Below are positions 1 through 6,927 of a DNA stretch of 11,230 nt, piece by piece. A model generated the notes under the pieces. It was not told where the DNA came from and searched no databases. It was given only the letters and a program-made list of their open reading frames with translations. The DNA lies in assembly GCA_041576165.1 (NCBI GenBank), contig JBFGLM010000093.1, forward strand, positions 1-11,230, given 5' to 3'. The number at the start of each line of letters is the position of its first letter. Positions within the stretch are counted from its first letter, which is position 1. The position numbers and the translations under genes are program-made. The DNA is from Acidimicrobiia bacterium. Its GTDB lineage: Bacteria; Actinomycetota; Acidimicrobiia; Spongiisociales; Spongiisociaceae.

Positions 1-1533
1 GGTGTCCTCCAGCAATGCCTTGTGGGCGAACAGCTTGCCGCCGGCACGGCCCCGTACCGTGATCGGCACCTTCCACAGGGTCTGGTCGGTCTCATCGGGG
101 ATCAGCAGGAAGCGACGCTGGGACAGTTCGATTCCACCACCGACCGCAGCGGCGTCGATCACCGGGTAGCCGCCCTGCAGGATCCACGTATCCATGATCT
201 CGCCGACCGGCTCGCCCGACGCCTCATTCAGCGCAGCCCACAGGTCCTCGGTTTCGGTGTTCCCGAATCGGTGGGCCCGCAGGTAGGCGCCGACCCCGGC
301 CCGGAAGAACTGCTCGCCCAGGTACTGCTCGATCATCCGCAGCACCGATGAACCTTTGCCATAGGTGAGGGCGTCGAACATCTCGTTGGCCTCGTCGGGC
401 GAGTTGACCTCGAACTCGACCGGGCGGGTGTTGGCCAGCGCGTCCACCCCGAACGCCCAAGGGCGTTCCACCGCGCCGAATGCCACCCACCGCTTCCAGT
501 CGGGCCGGCGGGCATCCGTGGCTTTGGTCTCCATGAAGGTGGCGAACGCCTCGTTCAGCCAGATGCCGTTCCACCATTTCATCGTCACCAGGTCGCCGAA
601 CCACATGTGGGCCAGCTCGTGGGCGATGACGTCCAGCACCCGCAGCAGCTCCTGCTGGGTGGCGGTCGCCGGGTCGACCAGCAGCGCCGTCTCCCGGTAG
701 GTGATGCAGCCCAGGTTCTCCATCGCCCCGAAGGCGAAGTCGGGAATGGCCACCATGTCCACCTTGTCGCCCGGGTAGGGGATGCCGTAGTACTCGGCTA
801 GGTAGTTCAGGCAGAACTCGCCGGACTCGAGCGCAAACTCGGTGAGGTGTTTCTTGCCTTTCGGGGCAATGACTCGCAGCGGCACGCCGTTGACGTCGAC
901 CGGGTCGGTGGCTTCGAAGGGGCCGACCACGAATGCCACCAGGTAGGTGGACATCTTGATCGTGTCCGCGTAGGTGATCGCCACCTTGCCGTCGCCCACA
1001 TCGACCCGCTCCACTTCGGCCCCGTTGGAGACCGCCAGCAGGTCGCCGGGCACCACCAGGGTGACACCGACCACGGCTTTGAGATCGGGTTCGTCCCAGC
1101 AAGGGAAGGCCCGCCGGGCGTCGGTCGCCTCGAACTGGGTGGTGGCGATGACCTGCTCGTTGCCCGCCACATCGGTATAGGTGGAGCGGTAGAAACCGTG
1201 CAGCTGGTCGTTGAGGACGCCGGTGAATCCGCAGTACACCTGCCACTCGCCGGGGAGGATCTCCTGGTCGAGGGTGAGCGTGGCCCGCTGCGCTTCCTCG
1301 TCGTAGCTCACCGACGCTTCGACGTGCTCGCCCCCCTCGTTGCGCAGATGCGCTTCGTAGATGTCCAGTTCGATGGCGTTGAGGGTGATGCTGGTCGTCG
1401 CCTCATCGACCGTGACGTCCACGATCTCCGAACCGGCAAACGTCGCGCCCGCCAGGTCCGGCTCCAGCCGGATCTGATAACGGTGGGGGATGACATGGCG
1501 CGGCAGGCGGTAAGGGTGGGCGGATTCCACCAT
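1..1533 (-). CDS. pepN: M1 family zinc aminopeptidase (aminopeptidase N / puromycin-sensitive-like), 3' end beyond the left edge
   Basis: Absent from the ORF track because it is open at the edge. Manual translation from ATG 1533: MVESAHPYRLPRHVIPHRYQIRLEPDLAGATFAGSE...TQFEATDARRAFPCWDEP...DFAFGAMENLGCITYRE...VIAHELAHMWFGDLVTMKWWNGIWLNEAFATFME. This contains the GAMEN motif and the HEXXH-x18-E zinc motif. Alternative in-frame starts are ATG 1542 and GTG 1530. Confidence 0.95.
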   Translation of the reverse strand, partial: MVESAHPYRLPRHVIPHRYQIRLEPDLAGATFAGSEIVDVTVDEATTSITLNAIELDIYEAHLRNEGGEHVEASVSYDEEAQRATLTLDQEILPGEWQVYCGFTGVLNDQLHGFYRSTYTDVAGNEQVIATTQFEATDARRAFPCWDEPDLKAVVGVTLVVPGDLLAVSNGAEVERVDVGDGKVAITYADTIKMSTYLVAFVVGPFEATDPVDVNGVPLRVIAPKGKKHLTEFALESGEFCLNYLAEYYGIPYPGDKVDMVAIPDFAFGAMENLGCITYRETALLVDPATATQQELLRVLDVIAHELAHMWFGDLVTMKWWNGIWLNEAFATFMETKATDARRPDWKRWVAFGAVERPWAFGVDALANTRPVEFEVNSPDEANEMFDALTYGKGSSVLRMIEQYLGEQFFRAGVGAYLRAHRFGNTETEDLWAALNEASGEPVGEIMDTWILQGGYPVIDAAAVGGGIELSQRRFLLIPDETDQTLWKVPITVRGRAGGKLFAHKALLEDT

Positions 1534-1596
1534 GCTCCTCATATCGGAAGGGCGCCCGATGGTACTAAGGCCGGTGCCCATACTTGACGGACGCCG

Positions 1597-2151
1597 TCAA
1601 TCTGAGAAGTCGATCCACCTCTCGGTTTCGATCCCCAACCCGTCGGCGATCCGGTTGGCGTAGGCGTAGTAGGCGACGACCTCGGCGATATCGAGCACAT
1701 CCCGGTCGCTGAACCCGGCCTCGGTCAGCTGCCCCACATCCCGCCGGGTCATGGCCCACGGGGCGCGGGTGAGTTTCTCGGCGTAACGCAGCATCGCCTT
1801 CCGCTCGTCGGAGATGTCCGCCGTCGCGAAATCGGATTCGATTGCCGCCACCAGCTCGTCGTCTTTGAGCAGCCGGCGCAGACCGCGCCGGTGGTGCTCC
1901 ACTCAGTAATGACAGTGGTTGGCGATCGACACCACCAGGGCGACCATCTCTCGTTCGACCTTGCGGAGCGACGGGGTGCCCGTCATCACCTCTCGGTAGA
2001 GCTCATAGTGGGTGCGCAGGCCCTCGGGATGAAGCGAGTGGATCGTCATTATGTGATCCACCCGTCCGGTGGCGGGATCGGCGGTCCGCTCGTACAGCTC
2101 CTTGACCTCGCCGTCGGCGGCGTCTTCGGGGATGGTCTCGATCCAGGCCAT
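1597..2151 (-). CDS. AhpD/carboxymuconolactone-decarboxylase-like peroxidase-related enzyme, probable selenoprotein (184 aa, Sec at TGA 1905-1903)
   Basis: ORFs 1903..2151 and 1597..1902 are in the same frame and separated only by TGA. The joined product reads ...REMVALVVSIANHCHY-U-VEHH...LRYAEKLT..P...TRRDVGQLTEAGFSDRDVLDIAEVVAYYAYANRIADGLG, a continuous peroxidase-related AhpD-fold sequence with CxxU in place of CxxC. Confidence 0.88.
1867..1899 (-). promoter_or_regulatory. Putative bacterial SECIS stem-loop immediately 3' of the in-frame UGA
   Basis: The mRNA after UGA reads GUG GAGCA CCA CCGGCGC GGUCU GCGCCGG C UGCUC. It forms a perfect 7-bp upper stem, a 5-bp lower stem and a GGUCU loop that begins after 18 nt from the UGA. 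Confidence 0.8.
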
Positions 2152-2157
2152 CTCATC

Positions 2158-2163
2158 AGCCTA
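2158..2163 (-). promoter_or_regulatory. Putative -10 box (TAGGCT) for leaderless transcription of the AhpD-like gene
   Basis: TANNNT hexamer 6 nt upstream of ATG 2151, with no Shine-Dalgarno sequence. Confidence 0.45.
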
Positions 2164-2211
2164 CGATCTGTCGACCCGGCCGGGGCGTCGACCTGCTCCC
2201 GCCGCAAGATT

Positions 2212-3204
2212 ATGGCTCGAGACTTGCTACCACTCAGGTTCGATCCTGTGCTCGTCCCCAAGCCGTGGGGCGGGCGGCGTCTTGCCGCCTACGGCAAGAC
2301 GCTGCCACCCGGTGAGCGCGTCGGGGAGAGCTGGGAGATCGCCGACCTGCCGGCCGCCGCAGTGACCAGCTCCAACCAGAGCCGCGGCTTGGTGGCCGGC
2401 GGCCCCTTCGCTGGCCGGACCTTGCGGGACCTGATCGAGGCCCACGGCGCGGACCTGATGGGCCACGTCGCGCCGACGCCGGGCGGGGACTTCCCGCTGC
2501 TGGTGAAGCTGCTCGACGCCCGCGAGCACCTGTCGGTGCAGGTCCACCCCACCGCCGACCACGTCGCCGCCCATCCAGGCTCGTGGCTCAAGACCGAATC
2601 GTGGTACGTGGTCGATGCCGAGCCGGGGGCGGTGCTGTACAAGGGTGCTCGTCCCGGGGTCACCCACGCCGATCTGGCCGCAGCTGCCGGCACCAAGGAC
2701 ATGGTCGAGCTCCTCGCCTCATACGATGCGGTGCCGGGCGACTTCCACCATCTGCCCGCCGGGATCCTCCACGCCCTCGGCGCGGGCGTCATGGTGGCCG
2801 AGATCCAGACGCCGTCGGACACCACCTTCCGTCTCTACGACTGGACTGGGGAATACGGGCGGGCGCCCCGCGAGCTTCACGTCGAGGAGGCTCTGGCTGC
2901 CGTCGAGCTGGCTCCAGAGGGCGCCGTGTTCCTGGGTCCCCTGACCGGGCACGGCTCCCGCACGCTCATTGAGACGGAGCATTACTGGATGGTCGAGCAC
3001 CGCCACGACCACGGCACCGAGCCGCTGACCCGCGCCGCCGAGCTGCGGGTGCTGCTGGTGACCAGGGGAAGTGTCCGCGTGGGATGGGACGGCGGCGACT
3101 TCGAAGTGGCGTCCGGCGGGACCGTGCTGATCCCGGCGGTGTGCGCGCCCGAAGTGGAAGTGGCGGTCGTCGAACCCGGTGTGATCCTGGAGATTGGTAT
3201 CTAG
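2212..3204 (+). CDS. manA: Class I mannose-6-phosphate isomerase (short cupin type, 330 aa)
   Basis: Motifs KPWGG, GESWE, FPLLVKLLDAREHLSVQVHP, KTESWY, GDFHHLPAGILHALG, EIQTPSDTTFRLYDW and RELH. The start was moved to ATG 2212 because the longer ORF from 1891 overlaps the AhpD-like gene on the opposite strand. Confidence 0.88.
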   Translation: MARDLLPLRFDPVLVPKPWGGRRLAAYGKTLPPGERVGESWEIADLPAAAVTSSNQSRGLVAGGPFAGRTLRDLIEAHGADLMGHVAPTPGGDFPLLVKLLDAREHLSVQVHPTADHVAAHPGSWLKTESWYVVDAEPGAVLYKGARPGVTHADLAAAAGTKDMVELLASYDAVPGDFHHLPAGILHALGAGVMVAEIQTPSDTTFRLYDWTGEYGRAPRELHVEEALAAVELAPEGAVFLGPLTGHGSRTLIETEHYWMVEHRHDHGTEPLTRAAELRVLLVTRGSVRVGWDGGDFEVASGGTVLIPAVCAPEVEVAVVEPGVILEIGI

Positions 3205-3806
3205 AGCCGGTGCTGTTCGATCAACAGCCGGGCCAGTCCCTGGGCCCGCCGGGCAGCGTCGCGGTCGCCCTCACCGGCCTGGACTATCGAGCCTTTCATC
3301 AGGATGTGCCACGACAAAGCGAAAGTGGCCGGGTCGCGCAAGTTGGCCTCCTCGGCCAGGGTGCGGACCACGGTGCGGATGTTCTCGAGGTGGGCGGCGG
3401 ACGCCCGACCGAGGGGATGGTCGTGCCCGCCGCCGAATTCGAGCAAGACGTTGACGAATGAGCAGCCCTCGAAGTCGGTGCGTTGGAACCACTCGTCGAA
3501 AAGGTCGAAGATGGCCAGCAGCTGGTCCTCGGGAGTGGCCCCCCTCTTGCGGGCTTCGGCCTCCACCCATCCCTTGGTCCAGACCTGCTCCCGCTGCTGC
3601 AAGAAGGCGAACACGAGGTCATCCTTGGAGGGGAAGTGGTGATAGAAAGTCGCCTTGGCCACGCCGGCCTGCTCGATCAACTCGTTGACTCCGACCGAAC
3701 GAATCCCCCGGCGCGAGAACAACTCGTAGGCGGCGTCGACGATGCGCTGGCGCGCGCTCGCGGACCTCGCAGTGGTCTCTGGCAGTGACATCTCGCAGGA
3801 AAACAT
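3201..3806 (-). CDS. TetR/AcrR family transcriptional regulator
   Basis: N-terminal HTH: ARQRIVDAAYELFSRRGIRSVGVNELIEQAGVAKATFYHHFPSKDDLV. C-terminal domain contains FEGCSFVN. Its stop overlaps the convergent manA stop (CTAG, 3201-3204). Alternative start ATG 3791. Confidence 0.95.
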   Translation of the reverse strand: MFSCEMSLPETTARSASARQRIVDAAYELFSRRGIRSVGVNELIEQAGVAKATFYHHFPSKDDLVFAFLQQREQVWTKGWVEAEARKRGATPEDQLLAIFDLFDEWFQRTDFEGCSFVNVLLEFGGGHDHPLGRASAAHLENIRTVVRTLAEEANLRDPATFALSWHILMKGSIVQAGEGDRDAARRAQGLARLLIEQHRL

Positions 3807-3813
3807 ACCACTT

Positions 3814-3829
3814 GACAGACCGGTCTGTC
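3814..3829. promoter_or_regulatory. Perfect 16-bp palindrome GACAGACCGGTCTGTC, probable TetR operator overlapping a TTGACA -35 box (3812-3817)
   Basis: Exact palindrome in the 60-bp gap between the divergent tetR and STAS genes. Confidence 0.8.
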
Positions 3830-3866
3830 TACCGCTACATAAGAGACCTACAGAAAGGGTGGCTGT

Positions 3867-4247
3867 TTGAACAGACCGACACTGATCGAGGGTGATCCCG
3901 AGATCCGGGTGGCTGTGGAGGATCGGGTCGCTGTGGTGTTACTGCGCGGCGATCACGACATCGCCACCGTCGACGACTTCCGCGACACCATCGTCCGGCT
4001 GCAGAAACGCGGCAATAACGTCCTGGTTGACCTGAGCCATGCCACGTTCGTCGACTGCGCCACCATCCACGTGCTCGAAGAGAGCTGCCGCCTGGCCGAG
4101 CGGCTCGGATTGACTTTCGCTGTCCAATCAGGCCGGCATCCGAAGGTGCGGCAGCTGCTCGACCTCATCGATTTTCCATGCCACGACACCCGCGACGCAG
4201 CTATGGCGGCGCTGGCGAGCTTCCACTCGCTGCCACGGCCGGCGTAG
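3867..4247 (+). CDS. STAS-domain anti-sigma factor antagonist
   Basis: VVLLRGDHDIATVDDFR...VLVDLSHATFVDCATIHVL...KVRQLLDL matches the SpoIIAA/RsbV pattern. TTG start preceded by the SD-like GAAAGGG (3853-3859). Confidence 0.85.
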   Translation: MNRPTLIEGDPEIRVAVEDRVAVVLLRGDHDIATVDDFRDTIVRLQKRGNNVLVDLSHATFVDCATIHVLEESCRLAERLGLTFAVQSGRHPKVRQLLDLIDFPCHDTRDAAMAALASFHSLPRPA

Positions 4248-4297
4248 GAGGCCCCTCAAGGGGGAGGCGGTCCGCACCGAGGCAAACGCGGTAACAG

Positions 4298-4340
4298 GAG
4301 GGGGCGCCGGTTTCCGGCTACGAACGCCGGCGGCCCCCTC
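4298..4340. terminator. GC-rich stem-loop between convergent genes, probable bidirectional terminator
   Basis: GAGGGGGCGCCGG (4298-4310) pairs with CCGGCGGCCCCCTC (4327-4340) with one bulge. Confidence 0.55.
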
Positions 4341-4359
4341 ACCGCCCGCCCCGGACGGG

Positions 4360-4800
4360 TCAGCGGCGGTCTGCGGTCGCCAGCCTGGCTGCCTGGACGA
4401 TGATGGCAATGGTGATCCCGATCATCGCCACGATCAGGACGACCCTGATGGGCGGCCCCCAATTGACCGCGTAACCGGCGAAGTCGAACGGGAACACCTG
4501 AAATATCCGCACCGTCGCGACCAGGGCCACGATCGACGAACCGATCTCGGCGGCGATCTTCCACGCCGCCTGGAGCGTGGTCAGGTTGATCACATTGAGC
4601 AGGATCGACGCGACCAGCGACAGGCTGACGATCGGAACGACCTGGTCCAGGTCGTCGGTAAGAAACGCCGGGGACTCCCAGTCGGGGAGCCGGTTCACCA
4701 CCCAGAGCAGCACGGCGTTTACCGCGATCGCCACCACGTAGCCGAACCGATCTGAGCCGGACGGGCCGGAATATGGAGGTTTCCTCGTCGTCAACGTCAT
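4360..4800 (-). CDS. Hypothetical integral membrane protein (146 aa, about 4 TM segments)
   Basis: ATG 4800 is preceded by GGAGG. Four hydrophobic stretches and a VFPFDF motif. The upstream part of track ORF 4360..5469 is an off-frame overlap with the yhhN-like gene. Confidence 0.75.
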   Translation of the reverse strand: MTLTTRKPPYSGPSGSDRFGYVVAIAVNAVLLWVVNRLPDWESPAFLTDDLDQVVPIVSLSLVASILLNVINLTTLQAAWKIAAEIGSSIVALVATVRIFQVFPFDFAGYAVNWGPPIRVVLIVAMIGITIAIIVQAARLATADRR

Positions 4801-4892
4801 CGGTCCTCCGTGTTCGCCTGTCACCAGGTCACCAGGTCCGGCCGGCACCCGCCAGTGCCGGAAGTCATGGCTTGGTTGAGGTGGCCGCCGAT

Positions 4893-5522
4893 TCAGAGGA
4901 ACGAGGCGACGATCAGCATTTGGCCGGCGTGGTAGGTGGTCATGATGGCCAGCCGGCCGCGGCGGATCGGCCGCACGAACCGGTTCCAGGCAATCAGCGC
5001 ATCCGAGAGGTAGAACAACAGAGCCCCAACGGCTGCGGTCCAGCTTCCCCGCCCGAGCGCCGCCACCACCATCCCCGAGATCGCGACGACATAGGCTGCC
5101 ACCGGACCGGTCATGGCCGGCTCGGTTTGGCGGACGGCGGCGAGGATGCGGCGGCCCAGGGTCGCCACCAGCACGGCGACGACGGCCAGGCCTGCGACAG
5201 CGCCCGGCCCGCCGGTGCCGGCTAAGAGGAACGCCACGATGTAGGCCAGGTGGGCGCCGAGGAAGGCCGCCAGCCCGGTCACGAACGCCGTCGGATGATG
5301 CGACAACAACAACGCGTCGCCTGCCAGCGACAGCAGGAGGCCCACCAGCAGCCAGCGATGGGCAGGTTCCTCGACGCCAAGCAGAATGCCGGTGGCGATG
5401 ATCAAGGCGACCAGCGTGAGCGGCTTGGCTAACAGCTCCAGCCGCCGACGGTCTCGGGCGACCGCCCACCAGTCGACCGCCGCCACCACGACTACCACAG
5501 TGAACAACCCGGCCGTGCGCAT
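4893..5522 (-). CDS. YhhN/TMEM86 family lysoplasmalogenase-like membrane protein (209 aa)
   Basis: Family motifs AKPL, SLAGDALL, FVTGLAAFLGAHLAY, VAAY, LFYLSDALIAWNRF and TYHAGQ, with multiple TM helices. Start placed at ATG 5522. Confidence 0.88.
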   Translation of the reverse strand: MRTAGLFTVVVVVAAVDWWAVARDRRRLELLAKPLTLVALIIATGILLGVEEPAHRWLLVGLLLSLAGDALLLSHHPTAFVTGLAAFLGAHLAYIVAFLLAGTGGPGAVAGLAVVAVLVATLGRRILAAVRQTEPAMTGPVAAYVVAISGMVVAALGRGSWTAAVGALLFYLSDALIAWNRFVRPIRRGRLAIMTTYHAGQMLIVASFL

Positions 5523-5574
5523 CGGGCGGATACGGTAACGGAATGTCAGGTCCCGCTGCTCGGTATCGTCTGCG

Positions 5575-5712
5575 GTGGTGAACCAGCGACTACTGGATGC
5601 GGCGCGGGAGGCGACCCGGACGGCGCTCGGTGACGCCCGCTTCCAGGCACTACTCGACGAGGGCGCCATCACCGAATGGGATGAGCTGCCGGTCGCGAGC
5701 CTGGCCGGTTGA
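5575..5712 (+). CDS. Small ORF (45 aa) or gene remnant: MVNQRLLDAAREATRTALGDARFQALLDEGAITEWDELPVASLAG
   Basis: Below the ORF track length cut-off. Mostly G/C third positions, and TATCGT (TANNNT) lies 5 nt before the GTG. It resembles the C-terminal 'R.ALG...F......G' tail of actinobacterial ATPase/TPR regulators. Confidence 0.4.
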   Translation: MVNQRLLDAAREATRTALGDARFQALLDEGAITEWDELPVASLAG

Positions 5713-5779
5713 GCGGTCGCCCTGGTTTGCGATCTCCCGGTGCCGGGTAGAGCCGAGCCACGCCCATTTGGAGGTACGT

Positions 5780-5917
5780 GTGCGTTTTGCTCGTTGGGGT
5801 CTGGCCATGATTGTTCCCGTGCTGTGGCGCAACCGGCACCGGGTCGCCGAGTGGTTCAACCGCGACACCAAGACCCAGAACGATCCGGACCCGTCGGAGG
5901 GAGCCGACCAGCCCTGA
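5780..5917 (+). CDS. Small protein (45 aa): MRFARWGLAMIVPVLWRNRHRVAEWFNRDTKTQNDPDPSEGADQP
   Basis: Strong SD GGAGGT (5770-5775) before GTG 5780, GC-rich third positions in the 3' part, and a hairpin directly downstream. Confidence 0.5.
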   Translation: MRFARWGLAMIVPVLWRNRHRVAEWFNRDTKTQNDPDPSEGADQP

Positions 5918-5923
5918 CCCGAG

Positions 5924-5994
5924 CCTTAGGCTGTGGGGTCCCTCTGGGGTACCCCACAGCCGAAAGTTGCCGGTGGGGGGGTTCGGCCCGGTCG
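5924..5994 (+). repeat. Left copy of a ~70-bp imperfect inverted repeat with an internal palindrome
   Basis: CCTTAGGCTGTGGGGTCCCTCTGGGGTACCCCACAGCCGAAAGTT matches the reverse complement of 6952-6996 at 34 of 45 positions without gaps, followed by shared GGGTTC and CCCGGTCG blocks. Internal 11-bp stem 5929-5939/5951-5961. Confidence 0.7.
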
Positions 5995-6023
5995 GCATGA
6001 GCCCCGATTCCCACCTGGCCGGA

Positions 6024-6875
6024 TCAGCTGCAGTTGCCGTACTGGTCGATCAGCCGGGTGCCGTTCATGCAGTCGATCAGTTCCTGCTCGCGGGATGTGA
6101 CGTCGGGCGGTGGAGTGCCGCCGGGCACGGCCAGTCGCCAGGGGTACCGCGTGTCCCAAATGAGGACGGAGACGAGTTCGCCCGAGGAATCGAAGCCCCG
6201 CGACATCGGGAATCCGCCGTCGCCGAACCCGTTGGAAAAGACCAAGGTGTCGATGCCGGGCGTCCCGTCGTAGTCGCCCAGCTCATAGTCGGCGCCGAAA
6301 TCGGGGTCCTCGATGAAGAACTCATCGTCAGTGGGGTTGGCTGCAGCCCAGTCGATCACCGCTTGGCTGGTGACGCCGCCCACCCCGCCGTCGGTCCCAT
6401 ACGCCAATTCGAAGTGGCTCCACCGGTCCACCGTGGAACCCTCCACGTCGAGCCGCACGCCCAGCACGCTTTCAAACACCTCGCCGTCTCGCGGGGTCCG
6501 CTCCCAGACGATGCTGACGTGGAGGACTTCTGTGTCGGCGAAGTCAACGGCCGTTGCCTCGTCGCCGAAATACCCCGGATCCACCTGGATCGCGTTCCCG
6601 TCCATGATCCTCACTTGACCGCCGGCGAAATGCATCTCCGTCAGAAAACGGGTCTCTGCCGTGCGGCCGCGTAGTTCCCATCGACTGTCGTAGGGTTGGC
6701 CGTCGGGGTCGAGTGTTATCCCCAGATCCTCGGCGGAAGTGGGTGCCATGTACGGCTCGATGGTGGTCGGCGCCGCAGGGCGGGAGGCATCGCTGCTCGA
6801 GCAGCCCGCACCCAAGACCGCGACGGCCAATACGACTCCCGACAGCAAGCGGGGCCGGCAGACACGGATCGGCAT
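6024..6875 (-). CDS. Putative lipoprotein with DUF4241-like domain (283 aa)
   Basis: Basic N-terminus, hydrophobic core and lipobox-like VLGAG|C, then a Ser/Pro/Thr linker. The motifs AYGTDGGVGG and VFSNGFGDGGFPMSRGFDSSGELVSVLI resemble DUF4241 (YGVDxG ... FSSGxGDGxYP). The start codon is uncertain. Confidence 0.65.
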   Translation of the reverse strand: MPIRVCRPRLLSGVVLAVAVLGAGCSSSDASRPAAPTTIEPYMAPTSAEDLGITLDPDGQPYDSRWELRGRTAETRFLTEMHFAGGQVRIMDGNAIQVDPGYFGDEATAVDFADTEVLHVSIVWERTPRDGEVFESVLGVRLDVEGSTVDRWSHFELAYGTDGGVGGVTSQAVIDWAAANPTDDEFFIEDPDFGADYELGDYDGTPGIDTLVFSNGFGDGGFPMSRGFDSSGELVSVLIWDTRYPWRLAVPGGTPPPDVTSREQELIDCMNGTRLIDQYGNCS

Positions 6876-6927
6876 CCAACAGCCATCGGCCGTGCACCAC
6901 TCTTGCCTGAGCCGATTGCCCACTTCG

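Noticed and set aside
22-1587. Track ORFs 22..351, 224..1246, 847..1587 and other short ORFs in this interval
   Set aside because: Off-frame or antisense shadows of the aminopeptidase gene, typical of high-GC DNA.
1584-1600. 7-bp inverted repeat TTGACGG-ACG-CCGTCAA overlapping the AhpD-like stop codon
   Set aside because: Short, with no U-tract and no second copy; it cannot be assigned as an operator or terminator.
1903-1905. Genome-wide UGA reassignment (to Trp or Gly) as the explanation for the in-frame TGA
   Set aside because: TGA is the normal stop for several intact genes here (1597, 8025, 8673, 10687), TGG encodes Trp, and the position requires a Cys-like residue.
1597-2151. Pseudogene or two independent small genes
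   Set aside because: Less likely than recoding: the stop hits exactly the catalytic Cys column, a SECIS-like hairpin follows, there is no SD for the GTG restart, and there are no other lesions. Not fully excluded without seeing the sel genes.
1891-2211. 107-aa N-terminal extension of the mannose-6-phosphate isomerase
   Set aside because: It is antisense to the AhpD-like gene, and family similarity begins at MARDLLPLRF (2212).
4820-4861. GTCACCAG tandem repeat and small CCGGCAC/GTGCCGG hairpin upstream of the membrane protein gene
   Set aside because: Too short to distinguish from chance in GC-rich DNA; a regulatory role is possible but unsupported.
4360-5469. 369-aa ORF as a single protein
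   Set aside because: The Arg/Gly/Pro-rich first 223 codons largely overlap the yhhN-like gene in another frame; the real start with GGAGG is at 4800.
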